This document shows, in pieces, positions 1 through 8,419 of a stretch of 64,000 bases of DNA. The notes beneath the pieces were generated by a model that did not search any database, had not been told where the DNA came from, and saw nothing but the letters and a program-made list of their open reading frames with translations. The stretch's first letter is position 1, and each line of letters opens with the position of its first letter. Source of the stretch: a virus; the IMG/VR virus record IMGVR_UViG_3300019479_000003; one strand, written 5' to 3'. The position numbers and the translations under genes are program-made.

Positions 1-79
1 TTGTGATCGGATCCAGGCGGTGTATGTATCCGCCAATCTCTTCAGTGAACCCTTCCAAGCTCATGGTTTCCCTCCGAAT

Positions 80-92
80 CGAACGTTTGTTC
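80..92. promoter_or_regulatory. LexA/DinR SOS box upstream of the minus-strand YolD-like gene (copy at 36981-36993)
   Basis: CGAACGTTTGTTC has the GAAC-N4-GTTC core; lies just downstream of a minus-strand TATAAT (94-99). Confidence 0.75.
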
Positions 93-145
93 TTATTATA
101 TCGTATTACCGCTGAAAAAATCTCAAAAAATTTTTCGAAAATGTA

Positions 146-175
146 TTGACATGTAATTACATGTAATGCTACAAT
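146..175 (+). promoter_or_regulatory. Strong sigmaA promoter with a perfect 16-bp palindromic operator
   Basis: TTGACA(146-151)-18nt-TACAAT(170-175); palindrome ACATGTAATTACATGT at 149-164. Confidence 0.8.
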
Positions 176-219
176 GAAGACGAAGATAAGGGAAGGGAAA
201 AAGGAGGAGGGAAAATGAA

Positions 220-308
220 AAGATGAAAGAGCCGCCCAAACGGACGACTCTTCCCCACTCTAAAATGTTCGGTTTGTTTAATTATAACACAATGAAGGGG
301 AGAGTCAA
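220..308 (-). ncRNA. Putative ~55-nt antisense RNA unit (promoter plus terminator) in the accessory operon leader
   Basis: Minus strand TTGACT(308-303)-16nt-TGtTATAAT(286-281), then hairpin AAGAGTCGTCC-GTTT-GGGCGGCTCTT (252-227) that pairs fully only on the minus strand. Confidence 0.45.
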
Positions 309-740
309 ATGAGCAAAAAGCCAAGACAATTCAGAATCGATGCTGATCTATTAGAAAGATTTGACCGGGTCAATGAAAGGCTATACGTAAATGGAAGCGA
401 AGTCGTTCGCCGCCTAATTAAAGAGTACGTCGAAGAAAAAGAAAAAGAATTAGGATGGGGTGGTAACATGAACAAAAAAGAGCGCGTGAAAAAGGCATTC
501 CTCGAAGTCCACGGCCAGGACTCTGACTGGAGCCTGGCGGCCGATAAGTTTGTATCATGGATTGTATCGAAAGACTTCCAGTCCGAATCCTTCGAGAATT
601 TTGTCGAATGGATTTCGGAGGATCAAATCGAAAATACATGGGATTTCTTCTACGGTTATGGCAGCGATTTTGAAAGATTCGCTGCCGATTGGGTGGCCGA
701 AGAAGAGCGGGAAGAATATCTAGCATTTTGCCGGGAGTGA
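309..740 (+). CDS. Ribbon-helix-helix (CopG/Arc-like) DNA-binding domain fused to an acidic 90-aa domain of unknown function
   Basis: N-terminal PRQFRID strand plus two helices (GSEVVRRLIKEYVE); SD GAAGGGGAGAG; internal ATG at 468 with GGGGTGG SD. Confidence 0.75.
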   Translation: MSKKPRQFRIDADLLERFDRVNERLYVNGSEVVRRLIKEYVEEKEKELGWGGNMNKKERVKKAFLEVHGQDSDWSLAADKFVSWIVSKDFQSESFENFVEWISEDQIENTWDFFYGYGSDFERFAADWVAEEEREEYLAFCRE

Positions 741-796
741 AAACGGCCTCCCCGCAGCCGGAATGCGGGGGAGAATTAAAAAAGGAGGGACTAAAA

Positions 797-1336
797 ATGG
801 CACTACAAAAAATCTTTTTGGCAGATCCGATTCCGGATTGGGAAAGAGTTGGAAACTCGATGTCTACGTTCTACCGTTTTGATGGCTCGACACTCACGAT
901 CCGCTGGAAGGGTCGTGAGAAGTCAATGCCGGCACGGGCCGGCGATGGCATCTACGTCAATTGCCATGGAGGGTTCCCATCCTTTGGCAAGATAAAGATG
1001 CCGAAAAATCGGGGTGAAAAAGTTTTGTGGCTCCTCGGTTTTCCGAAGGAGCTACGAAAACAGACGCCCGAGGGTGTCGAAGCGGAAATAAAAGAGCTAG
1101 AAAATTACGCCGAACGAAACGACATGGAATTTGGAACTCACGTGCGAATATGGGAAACATATTCGCGCGGTAAATTCTTCCTGGTATATCACGAAATTTT
1201 CGAAATCCGGCGAGGATGGCTCGCCGGTTGGGTAAACGATAATATTACGAATGAAGACATCCGTGAACTCTTCAAAAAACACTCGCCAGTTTATCCAGTC
1301 TGGTGGGTAGAAAAATGTCTCTTTGTAAATAAATAA
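797..1336 (+). CDS. Hypothetical protein (179 aa), accessory operon gene 2
   Basis: SD AAAGGAGGGA before ATG at 797; the track start at 689 lacks an RBS. Confidence 0.8.
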   Translation: MALQKIFLADPIPDWERVGNSMSTFYRFDGSTLTIRWKGREKSMPARAGDGIYVNCHGGFPSFGKIKMPKNRGEKVLWLLGFPKELRKQTPEGVEAEIKELENYAERNDMEFGTHVRIWETYSRGKFFLVYHEIFEIRRGWLAGWVNDNITNEDIRELFKKHSPVYPVWWVEKCLFVNK

Positions 1337-1384
1337 GAGGGGACCCCACTCCCCTCTCATCAAAAAGATTAAGGAGGAATTCAT

Positions 1385-1975
1385 ATGATTAATAATATCA
1401 ATTTAGTAGAAAAAATCAATTTTGATGAGATTTGGGATTATTTCGATATTCATTATATGCGTCCAGAAGGTTTAAATAACAAAAAGCCGATAAAGGTGAC
1501 TTTGAAAAATCATCTTCCGCGGCTGTATCCCTACAAAGGGGAAACCTATTTACTCCCAGAATTTGTAGAGGGTTATATCGCCGCCAAGGGATACTTCGAT
1601 AACATGATCGAAGGTATCCCTGGAAGATACGGGCAAACACCTTTGCCCGACGGGGATTACGGCGAACCCGTCTTTATAGACGGGTACGCCAATTCGAATA
1701 ACGGGATGAGAATCGAATTCATCCCTAATAAGGCTGACGATTTAAAAATCTTATTCATCAACGGGAAAATGTTGGCAGCTCCGACAAATGTGATCGAAAA
1801 ATGGGAAATAATAAAATCTTTATTTGAAAGGAGAAAATTCGTAGAAAACGGATACCTAACCTTGAAGAACGGGGATCCCGTTGACTTTAATGATTTCGTG
1901 CGTATTGTTTTGGAAGCTCTTCCTGACAGTTGGGGAATTGACGAGTGGAGAGTTAGGAAATTGTTGGAAGAATAA
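1385..1975 (+). CDS. Hypothetical protein (196 aa), accessory operon gene 3
   Basis: SD AAGGAGGAA, AT-rich open frame. Confidence 0.8.
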   Translation: MINNINLVEKINFDEIWDYFDIHYMRPEGLNNKKPIKVTLKNHLPRLYPYKGETYLLPEFVEGYIAAKGYFDNMIEGIPGRYGQTPLPDGDYGEPVFIDGYANSNNGMRIEFIPNKADDLKILFINGKMLAAPTNVIEKWEIIKSLFERRKFVENGYLTLKNGDPVDFNDFVRIVLEALPDSWGIDEWRVRKLLEE

Positions 1976-2000
1976 GAGGGCCCGCTGCCCTCTCTAAATA

Positions 2001-2031
2001 AAAAAAAGAGGGGATTCGCTCCCCTCTTTTT
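2001..2031. terminator. Bidirectional intrinsic terminator between the accessory operon and endolysin
   Basis: AAAAAAAGAGGGGA-TTCGC-TCCCCTCTTTTT. Confidence 0.85.
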
Positions 2032-2729
2032 CATTGCGTAATAAACGCCGGATACCCTTTTTTCTTCAATTCCTCCACAAGTCTTTCCGCGTTTTCTCTC
2101 TCTTTGAAAGCCCCTACCTGGACACGCCAGAGTTTATCGCCACCTTTTGGCGCAGGCTTCGGCGCGGGTTTCGGTTCTGCTTTTTTCTTCAGCCCGAACA
2201 CCTTCACCAGACCGTTCACATGCCCCTGTGCAATCCGATCAAGCCAAGCATCTTGTTTGAGTTTTGCAGCATCCGCCGAATTGTCGATGAACAGGTTTTC
2301 CGTGAGCATGGCGGCCATTTTGGATTCGCGGACCATGTGGAAATTCGCCTGTTTCTTCCCCCTGTCCCGGACGCCGGCGATCTGTTTCATGATCTCATCA
2401 TGGATGATACCCCGTTTCCGGTCGGTTTCGGCTTTACCGCTGTACGAACCGTTGTAGATGTACGACTCGAACCCGGTCCCACCTCCCGCGTTTATATGAA
2501 CGGAAATGAGGTAGTCTGCGCCCCAGGCATTGGCCATGTCGGTACGCTGTTTGAGAGAAAGGGTTTGGTCGCTTTCGCGGCTGAGTTTGACTTGAACGTT
2601 TTGGTATTGTAGTAGTTTGTCGCGGATTTTCTTGGCAATGTTTAACGTCAAATCTTTTTCTTTCAGACCGTTTGCGCACGCGCCCGGATCCGAGCCGCCA
2701 TGGCCCGCGTCGATGAAAATTTTTACCAT
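2031..2729 (-). CDS. Endolysin: N-acetylmuramoyl-L-alanine amidase (Amidase_3) plus C-terminal SPOR domain, CwlC-like
   Basis: IDAGHGGSDPGA, EKDLTL, SVHINA, LTENLFIDN motifs; WRVQVGAFKERENAERL SPOR motif. Confidence 0.95.
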   Translation of the reverse strand: MVKIFIDAGHGGSDPGACANGLKEKDLTLNIAKKIRDKLLQYQNVQVKLSRESDQTLSLKQRTDMANAWGADYLISVHINAGGGTGFESYIYNGSYSGKAETDRKRGIIHDEIMKQIAGVRDRGKKQANFHMVRESKMAAMLTENLFIDNSADAAKLKQDAWLDRIAQGHVNGLVKVFGLKKKAEPKPAPKPAPKGGDKLWRVQVGAFKERENAERLVEELKKKGYPAFITQ

Positions 2730-2974
2730 TATTCATCATCTCCCTTGGTAATAATCTTGGACTGATCAAAAAGCCCAGCGGCCGATAACCCGATTACCAC
2801 GCCATAAAAGACCTTTTCTTTCAATTCCCCGTCCAGATAAATAATCCCGGCAACTAAACCGAACACCAGGGATACCAGCGGCAAGAATTTCGCCGGTACG
2901 ACAGCAATTCTCTTCACCAGTTCCACCAAAGCCACCACAACCGCGATGATCAGCGCAATATCGAACATTTTCAT
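2729..2974 (-). CDS. Holin with Met-Lys-Met dual start
   Basis: 81 aa, 2-3 hydrophobic segments, GLSAAGLFD motif, charged C-terminus, adjacent to endolysin. Confidence 0.85.
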   Translation of the reverse strand: MKMFDIALIIAVVVALVELVKRIAVVPAKFLPLVSLVFGLVAGIIYLDGELKEKVFYGVVIGLSAAGLFDQSKIITKGDDE

Positions 2975-2983
2975 TCACTCCTT

Positions 2984-3259
2984 TTAAAATTGGTTCATTA
3001 GCAAAATAATTAGTGAAATCAAAGCAAAAAGCCATCCGCCCCAATTGCGGATAGCTTCAAATACAGCGTTTTTGCCTTGCGATTTTGCTTCCATTTCCTC
3101 GACTTTATCTTTCACTTTATAGAGCTCTTCCCTCAACCCGTTATACCGCCGGATAATCTCCCGGGTTTCCCGCATTTCCGCCCGCAGGCTTTGAATATCG
3201 TCTTTCATCGATAGCATTTGTTCAAACAATTCCTTGTTTGAATACCATTGTTCAGACAA
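2984..3259 (-). CDS. XhlA/BhlA-like lysis accessory membrane protein
   Basis: Coiled coil plus a single C-terminal TM helix, upstream of holin. Confidence 0.6.
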   Translation of the reverse strand: MSEQWYSNKELFEQMLSMKDDIQSLRAEMRETREIIRRYNGLREELYKVKDKVEEMEAKSQGKNAVFEAIRNWGGWLFALISLIILLMNQF

Positions 3260-3294
3260 ATTTAATCACCCCAATCAAACTAAAAACCCCGCAA

Positions 3295-3441
3295 TCACGC
3301 GGAGCTTTCTTTCTCATTTTTCAATTCCTTTAGTTCCTTTTCATATTGCTGGACAAGGGCCGCCAGAATCGCTTTTTCTCTGCTCAATGCGGCAATCTGA
3401 TTCATTAAGTCCTGAACGACCAGGTTTACATCGACATTCAC
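3295..3441 (-). CDS. Small coiled-coil protein (48 aa, MNVDVNLVVQDLMNQIAALSREKAILAALVQQYEKELKELKNEKESSA)
   Basis: Hand-translated; GTG start overlaps the tail gene stop; SD GGAGG. Confidence 0.65.
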   Translation of the reverse strand: MNVDVNLVVQDLMNQIAALSREKAILAALVQQYEKELKELKNEKESSA

Positions 3442-5852
3442 GAGATTTTCGCCTCCAATTCTGCGATTTTTGCTTCAAGCGTTGCGATACGGTTTTCTTG
3501 TCTCATTTGTATCTCGTCAAGTTCCTGAATCGCCTTCCAGCTCCAAGCATTTAACAAATATTGCTCGACACCATCGCCATCTACGACACCGTCCGGTGTA
3601 TTGAACCCTTCGCCGATGACCAAGCCTTGGCGTTTCCGTTGTATTCCTTGTTCCAATTCAGACTTCAAATAGTATTCATAGATGGTCGTATTACGAATCT
3701 GTTCAAGCGCCGATTCTTCCCACGGACGGATGTCTTCTTTGTACTCCGCAAGCGAACCGGTTGGGAAAGATGATGCGCGAACGGGAACATACGTATCGGT
3801 GGTTCCTGCTTGGGTGGCACGAACTTCACCGCCGCTTTGAGGGCGTATATATATGTTAGAGAGTGACGAATTGGTCAATTCAATGGTGTGACCGTTGAAC
3901 CAGCCATGTTGGGCATTAAGTCTATTTGTATTCACATTGTTCGTTACAAACACATCAGTCGCTGACACATTCCCCGTCATACTTATCCCGTCTTTATTTA
4001 CTGTTAACGATGTCAACACTGCACCGGTTGAATAATGTTTGAATTTAATATCTAATCTTGTTGGATCAACTGTGAAATAAAAATCGGACATGGCGTCCGT
4101 AAGTGAGTCTGTGTATAAATATATCCTTGAACTATCTAAAGTTAATTGTGCAACATATTGCAAATTTCCGAACGCATACTGTTCTTCAGATATAAACTGC
4201 GATGCTGTGATCGTTCCGCCAACAACATTGATACCCTTCGCCGTCAAAATGCCATTTGTGTCGACATAAAACACATCCTGCCACGACTGCGACGTATCTT
4301 CGCGGTTTTGGATTGTGATGCCGGTTGTCGCATTCATGATTGTCTGGACAAGCCGGTCACTGCGGACCACTTTGAATCCGTCTTCCGATGTAATGCTGAC
4401 GCCGTTATAAAGCGCGCCCTTCTGCACCGAATTGTCTGCCGTCTGCTTGGCTTGATTGGCAGTTTGTTGTGCAGCTGTGATGTCATTCAATACGGTTATA
4501 GAAGGCTTCCCGCCTACTTTTGCCGTATCTGCGGCGGTATTCTTTCCAGTTTCGTCTGCGACTAGTATCCATGCCGAACCGTCCCAACGGAAAAAGGCTC
4601 CTGACGCCGGGTTGTACCAAAGGTCGCCGACATTCATTTGTGTTGGCGGTGTTTGTCCCTCGAATGTTTGTGCTTTTTTCTCTGCTATTGTTTTCGCGGC
4701 AGTCCATGAATTCGCATTGCGATAGAGCGTTTTCTGAATCGCTTTTACCTCCGGCGGAACAACAACGGTAACTTGCCGGTAGTTCCCAAACGTGTACGAA
4801 AAGTTTCCGTTCGGGTCGTCCAATTCTGGCATTTCCGTTTCCAATACCCGAGCCTCAAGGTAAATCGGCGGGTCGAACGCTTCGTCTTTGATGCGGACAT
4901 TCATCCCGACACGGACCCGTTCATGTTCGAGCCCAATGACTTGCTCAAGCGCGGCCGCTTGGACTTCCCATTCCACCGCGCTATTTTTTCGTTTTTCCAT
5001 TTCTTTTTTCGTAGCGTCCAAAAGCTGTTGCGGTGTGACTTCCGTATCGCCCTCGGGCTGATACTCGAAAATGCCCCAGATATGGCGCCCGGCATTATTC
5101 CAACGCTGATAGGCATCTTCATCCTCAACGTAGATTTTCCCGCCGTTCACGCTAGCAAAAGTGACAATGTTCCCGTCCTCATCCGCCGGGCCAATGCCAA
5201 CGAGCCGCGTACAGATATTTTCTGAATTCTCTTTCCGCATGATCCCCGTCATGTCTTTGCCGAATACGATTTCTTTTCCGTCGAACACGTCATCCGGCTT
5301 AAGTAAATCAACAATCCGCGTGATAGAACCGTCAGGGTTGACGTTGACCCGGAAACGGATTTCAAGATCAAATTCGCTTGCGATTTTTTGCAGAGCGGCC
5401 AACGGGTTTGTGTATGTGTCGAACGTTATAGTCCGACTGCCGGAAAAGTCGATTTGGCCCGGTTGGTATCGCGTGTTTGCAAGTACAAATTGAACCGCCG
5501 TTTCCGCCGTTTGCCCAGGCAACGTTTGTGGCGGAATAGGCTCATCACTCGCAAGCTCGATATGATCACCAAGCGCCGACACAAAAAGAACTTTCCCATT
5601 CGCATCGTGCGACATTTCGACCGTATCAATAACAAAAAGACGGTGAAAACCGTCTTGGTCTTGGGCCGTCAATTTGTTTTTGGGAATGATATGTTTCGCC
5701 GCCGGGCTGTCGGCCAGCATTCTAAACTCGAATATAAGAACGTTGTCCTCGATCGCCTCGGTCATCTTGGTGTCCCAATAGATTTTTTGGTCGGATTGGT
5801 TCACCATAACGTCGAGAATTTGTTCAGTTTGCCGATCGATGATATGAATCAT
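3438..5852 (-). CDS. Tail-associated (Tal/endopeptidase-family) tail tip protein with C-terminal Peptidase_S74-like chaperone
   Basis: Follows Dit; N-terminal prophage tail region (TRLVGIG), GDLWY motif, C-terminal SLAEYKEDI..ALEQI plus coiled coil. Confidence 0.85.
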   Translation of the reverse strand: MIHIIDRQTEQILDVMVNQSDQKIYWDTKMTEAIEDNVLIFEFRMLADSPAAKHIIPKNKLTAQDQDGFHRLFVIDTVEMSHDANGKVLFVSALGDHIELASDEPIPPQTLPGQTAETAVQFVLANTRYQPGQIDFSGSRTITFDTYTNPLAALQKIASEFDLEIRFRVNVNPDGSITRIVDLLKPDDVFDGKEIVFGKDMTGIMRKENSENICTRLVGIGPADEDGNIVTFASVNGGKIYVEDEDAYQRWNNAGRHIWGIFEYQPEGDTEVTPQQLLDATKKEMEKRKNSAVEWEVQAAALEQVIGLEHERVRVGMNVRIKDEAFDPPIYLEARVLETEMPELDDPNGNFSYTFGNYRQVTVVVPPEVKAIQKTLYRNANSWTAAKTIAEKKAQTFEGQTPPTQMNVGDLWYNPASGAFFRWDGSAWILVADETGKNTAADTAKVGGKPSITVLNDITAAQQTANQAKQTADNSVQKGALYNGVSITSEDGFKVVRSDRLVQTIMNATTGITIQNREDTSQSWQDVFYVDTNGILTAKGINVVGGTITASQFISEEQYAFGNLQYVAQLTLDSSRIYLYTDSLTDAMSDFYFTVDPTRLDIKFKHYSTGAVLTSLTVNKDGISMTGNVSATDVFVTNNVNTNRLNAQHGWFNGHTIELTNSSLSNIYIRPQSGGEVRATQAGTTDTYVPVRASSFPTGSLAEYKEDIRPWEESALEQIRNTTIYEYYLKSELEQGIQRKRQGLVIGEGFNTPDGVVDGDGVEQYLLNAWSWKAIQELDEIQMRQENRIATLEAKIAELEAKIS

Positions 5853-5862
5853 TCGCCACACC

Positions 5863-8415
5863 TCACTTGTAGCGTGGTCTGTATTCTACTTCCACAATAG
5901 CTGCATCGGACGGGTTCACAGCAAATTCTGTTGCGCCAGGGCCCAATGGGAAGAAACGTGCTCCGAAGTCCTTAACCGACATAATTGGCTCGCCGTTTCG
6001 GTAGACAACGGCGTTCTTGTGGTCGAATTGAAGTACATCGTCTGGATATGCGATGTACGGGACTTGATTCGTTGCAGGCTTGTAAAGATCATACACAAAA
6101 ACATGGTTGATGCTCATATGGTTAATCGCTCCATAACCGAGATGTGTTCCGATATGCACTTGAATTTGTGCCAACGGCGCTGTGTATTGGTTTTTCGTAT
6201 CAATAAACGTTTTTTCAACGTAGTCAACGTATACACCTGGTTTGTTTGTAGGTCCGGTGCGTCTTGCCGTATATACTTTCCATCGATTCCCCCTACGTTC
6301 AATCGCGAGAGAACCGTAGTAATCATTGAGCGAACCTGTTTTCTTTCCGTATGTGGTAAAAATGGAATCCGTATTTGGACCAAGCTCCCAAAATGCCTTG
6401 ACGTCTTTAGATTTTGCCGAAAAATCGCCGATACTCATTCTAAATACGATATTGTTCGCGGTATCGAGACCGTAAACTTCTATCCGACCAGTCCCGTTCG
6501 CACTCGATTTAATGTCTATGAGCGCATGAACACGAAAATCTTGAAGTTGGTATGGCAACGACTTCTTCAATGCTGGCCCGCCCCATCCGTTGAAAGTCGG
6601 ACCAAAACTCTGCACAACGAACCGATTGCCGTCCGAAACCATCGTTCCTTGGACAATGCCGCCCACAACGCTAGAACCAGCTCCCCATCCGGTTGTCGTT
6701 GTCATTTCATCTATCATAACGGGTTTATCGCCATCCGTTGGCGTCTGTGATACAGTATATGGTTGACCAACACGCATGTAAGCGTCTGGAGCGATGATGT
6801 CCAAAAACGTGATCGGCTGTTTCACGTACGACGTGAATACCGGATATGTTTCCGCTGTGCCTTCGTTGACCACGATATTCGGCGTTTGGACGTTCAAATC
6901 CCCGTCAAACGGCAAATACGCTGTCGTATATTCGTCCACCGTGAAGCCGTTTTGGTATGCTTCCATGATTTCGGCATCCGAACGGGCGATGCGGGAGAGA
7001 CGGAGAGGGCCAATCAACGAATTGAATTGGTATTCACCAACTATTGTCGAACCAATCGCGGCACTAGAAAAACTATCTAGCAACATCGGGTTTGTGTATT
7101 GAGCAACGAGAACGCCGTCCGCATAACAGGTCAGCCTGTTAAATGACCAAGTGGCTGCAACAAAATGCCACCCAGGTGAGAGAGGATTGTTTCCTGTTGC
7201 AATATATGCCGCGCCCTTCTGTATAACGGCTCTTGGTGTCTTTGAGTAAAGCTCGATAAACAGCCTGTTAGCCCGTGTAGAATCACGGGCGTCCAGCACC
7301 ACAATAGCACGATTAAACGATGTGTCTGGCACATATACCCATGCCTCAATCGTCCCCTCTTCTGGATTCAACACCCCATCCGTCGGCAACGTGAGCGTCT
7401 CGGCGGCGCGGGTGCCGTCCACAAAAGAGGTGGCGTAGGGTTTTTGTTCGAGTTGGACATCATCAATTTCAACCCAATCATTTGCATATACATCGCTACG
7501 CGTACTATCGATCGCTATCATGAGACCATAATTCGAAGCTGTTTTACCTGTCGGAATGGTATAAGTAATAGTATATCTTTGCCAAGTTGTGCCAACATTG
7601 ATATTCGGCAATGGTGTATTTCCTACAGTATTAGACATCAAATACATGTACGTAATGGGAAAATTACTCCGAATCGCACGGGCCCTAAAGCTAATTGTGT
7701 ACGTGGCCCCCTCGCTTAATGTCATGTTACGATTGGAAATAATACCGAATTTGGTATTTTCTTTTGTGATTTCAATTCTAACCGCACTACCTATACCGTT
7801 CCAACCCGGTACTAGCGACACTGTACCATCTGTTGGATTCCAAAGTTCAGACCATACCCCGCCTTCAAAACTTGGATTGCTTACAAGATTCACCGTCCCC
7901 TCCTCGATCAGTATCCCGCCCTGTTCAAACCTCGGCTGATTCGCCGCAACTTGCGTGCCGTCGGAAAGGTACGCCACGGAATTCCGGCTGAAAGAGGCAG
8001 GGGGTACGGCGATCGTTTGCGTGCGGAGGGGGCCGTATTTGTATGGGTCAGGGCAGAGGAAGGAGATAACTCCTTCGCCCCACTCCACCAGTTCGTCGAG
8101 GTTCAATTCCCCGGTCACTTGAGCATAATAAACCCGGTCCGGTTCATCTGTGAAAATAAGCTCTTTCGGCTCATCAGTTATGAGCCATGCCGCAAGGTCT
8201 TCCTTGACCTTTTGTAGACTCTCAAAGGTTTTCGTATATATGCGAACCGGGATATTGATTTGTCTGACCTTGATTTTTTTGCCAGAGATTAGTCCACCAG
8301 GGCGTCCAGGTATCTCCAAAATCTCATGTTCGATCGGAGCCCAGGCTGGACGTTCCAAACCGCGGAGAACCCTTACATAGTCCTTGGTGACCCCGTTAAA
8401 TGAAAAAAAGGCCAT
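5863..8415 (-). CDS. Distal tail protein (Dit) enlarged by carbohydrate-binding and LamG/concanavalin-like insertions
   Basis: N-terminal FSFNG..EPDRVYYA..FLCPDPYKY Dit motif; NLVSNPSFE CBM-like segment; EGTIEAW..WHFVAATW..YADG LamG pattern. Confidence 0.85.
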   Translation of the reverse strand: MAFFSFNGVTKDYVRVLRGLERPAWAPIEHEILEIPGRPGGLISGKKIKVRQINIPVRIYTKTFESLQKVKEDLAAWLITDEPKELIFTDEPDRVYYAQVTGELNLDELVEWGEGVISFLCPDPYKYGPLRTQTIAVPPASFSRNSVAYLSDGTQVAANQPRFEQGGILIEEGTVNLVSNPSFEGGVWSELWNPTDGTVSLVPGWNGIGSAVRIEITKENTKFGIISNRNMTLSEGATYTISFRARAIRSNFPITYMYLMSNTVGNTPLPNINVGTTWQRYTITYTIPTGKTASNYGLMIAIDSTRSDVYANDWVEIDDVQLEQKPYATSFVDGTRAAETLTLPTDGVLNPEEGTIEAWVYVPDTSFNRAIVVLDARDSTRANRLFIELYSKTPRAVIQKGAAYIATGNNPLSPGWHFVAATWSFNRLTCYADGVLVAQYTNPMLLDSFSSAAIGSTIVGEYQFNSLIGPLRLSRIARSDAEIMEAYQNGFTVDEYTTAYLPFDGDLNVQTPNIVVNEGTAETYPVFTSYVKQPITFLDIIAPDAYMRVGQPYTVSQTPTDGDKPVMIDEMTTTTGWGAGSSVVGGIVQGTMVSDGNRFVVQSFGPTFNGWGGPALKKSLPYQLQDFRVHALIDIKSSANGTGRIEVYGLDTANNIVFRMSIGDFSAKSKDVKAFWELGPNTDSIFTTYGKKTGSLNDYYGSLAIERRGNRWKVYTARRTGPTNKPGVYVDYVEKTFIDTKNQYTAPLAQIQVHIGTHLGYGAINHMSINHVFVYDLYKPATNQVPYIAYPDDVLQFDHKNAVVYRNGEPIMSVKDFGARFFPLGPGATEFAVNPSDAAIVEVEYRPRYK

Positions 8416-8419
8416 GGCG

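Noticed and set aside
3438-8415. Diversity-generating retroelement or invertible tail shufflon
   Set aside because: No reverse transcriptase, TR/VR pair, invertase or inverted crossover repeats seen
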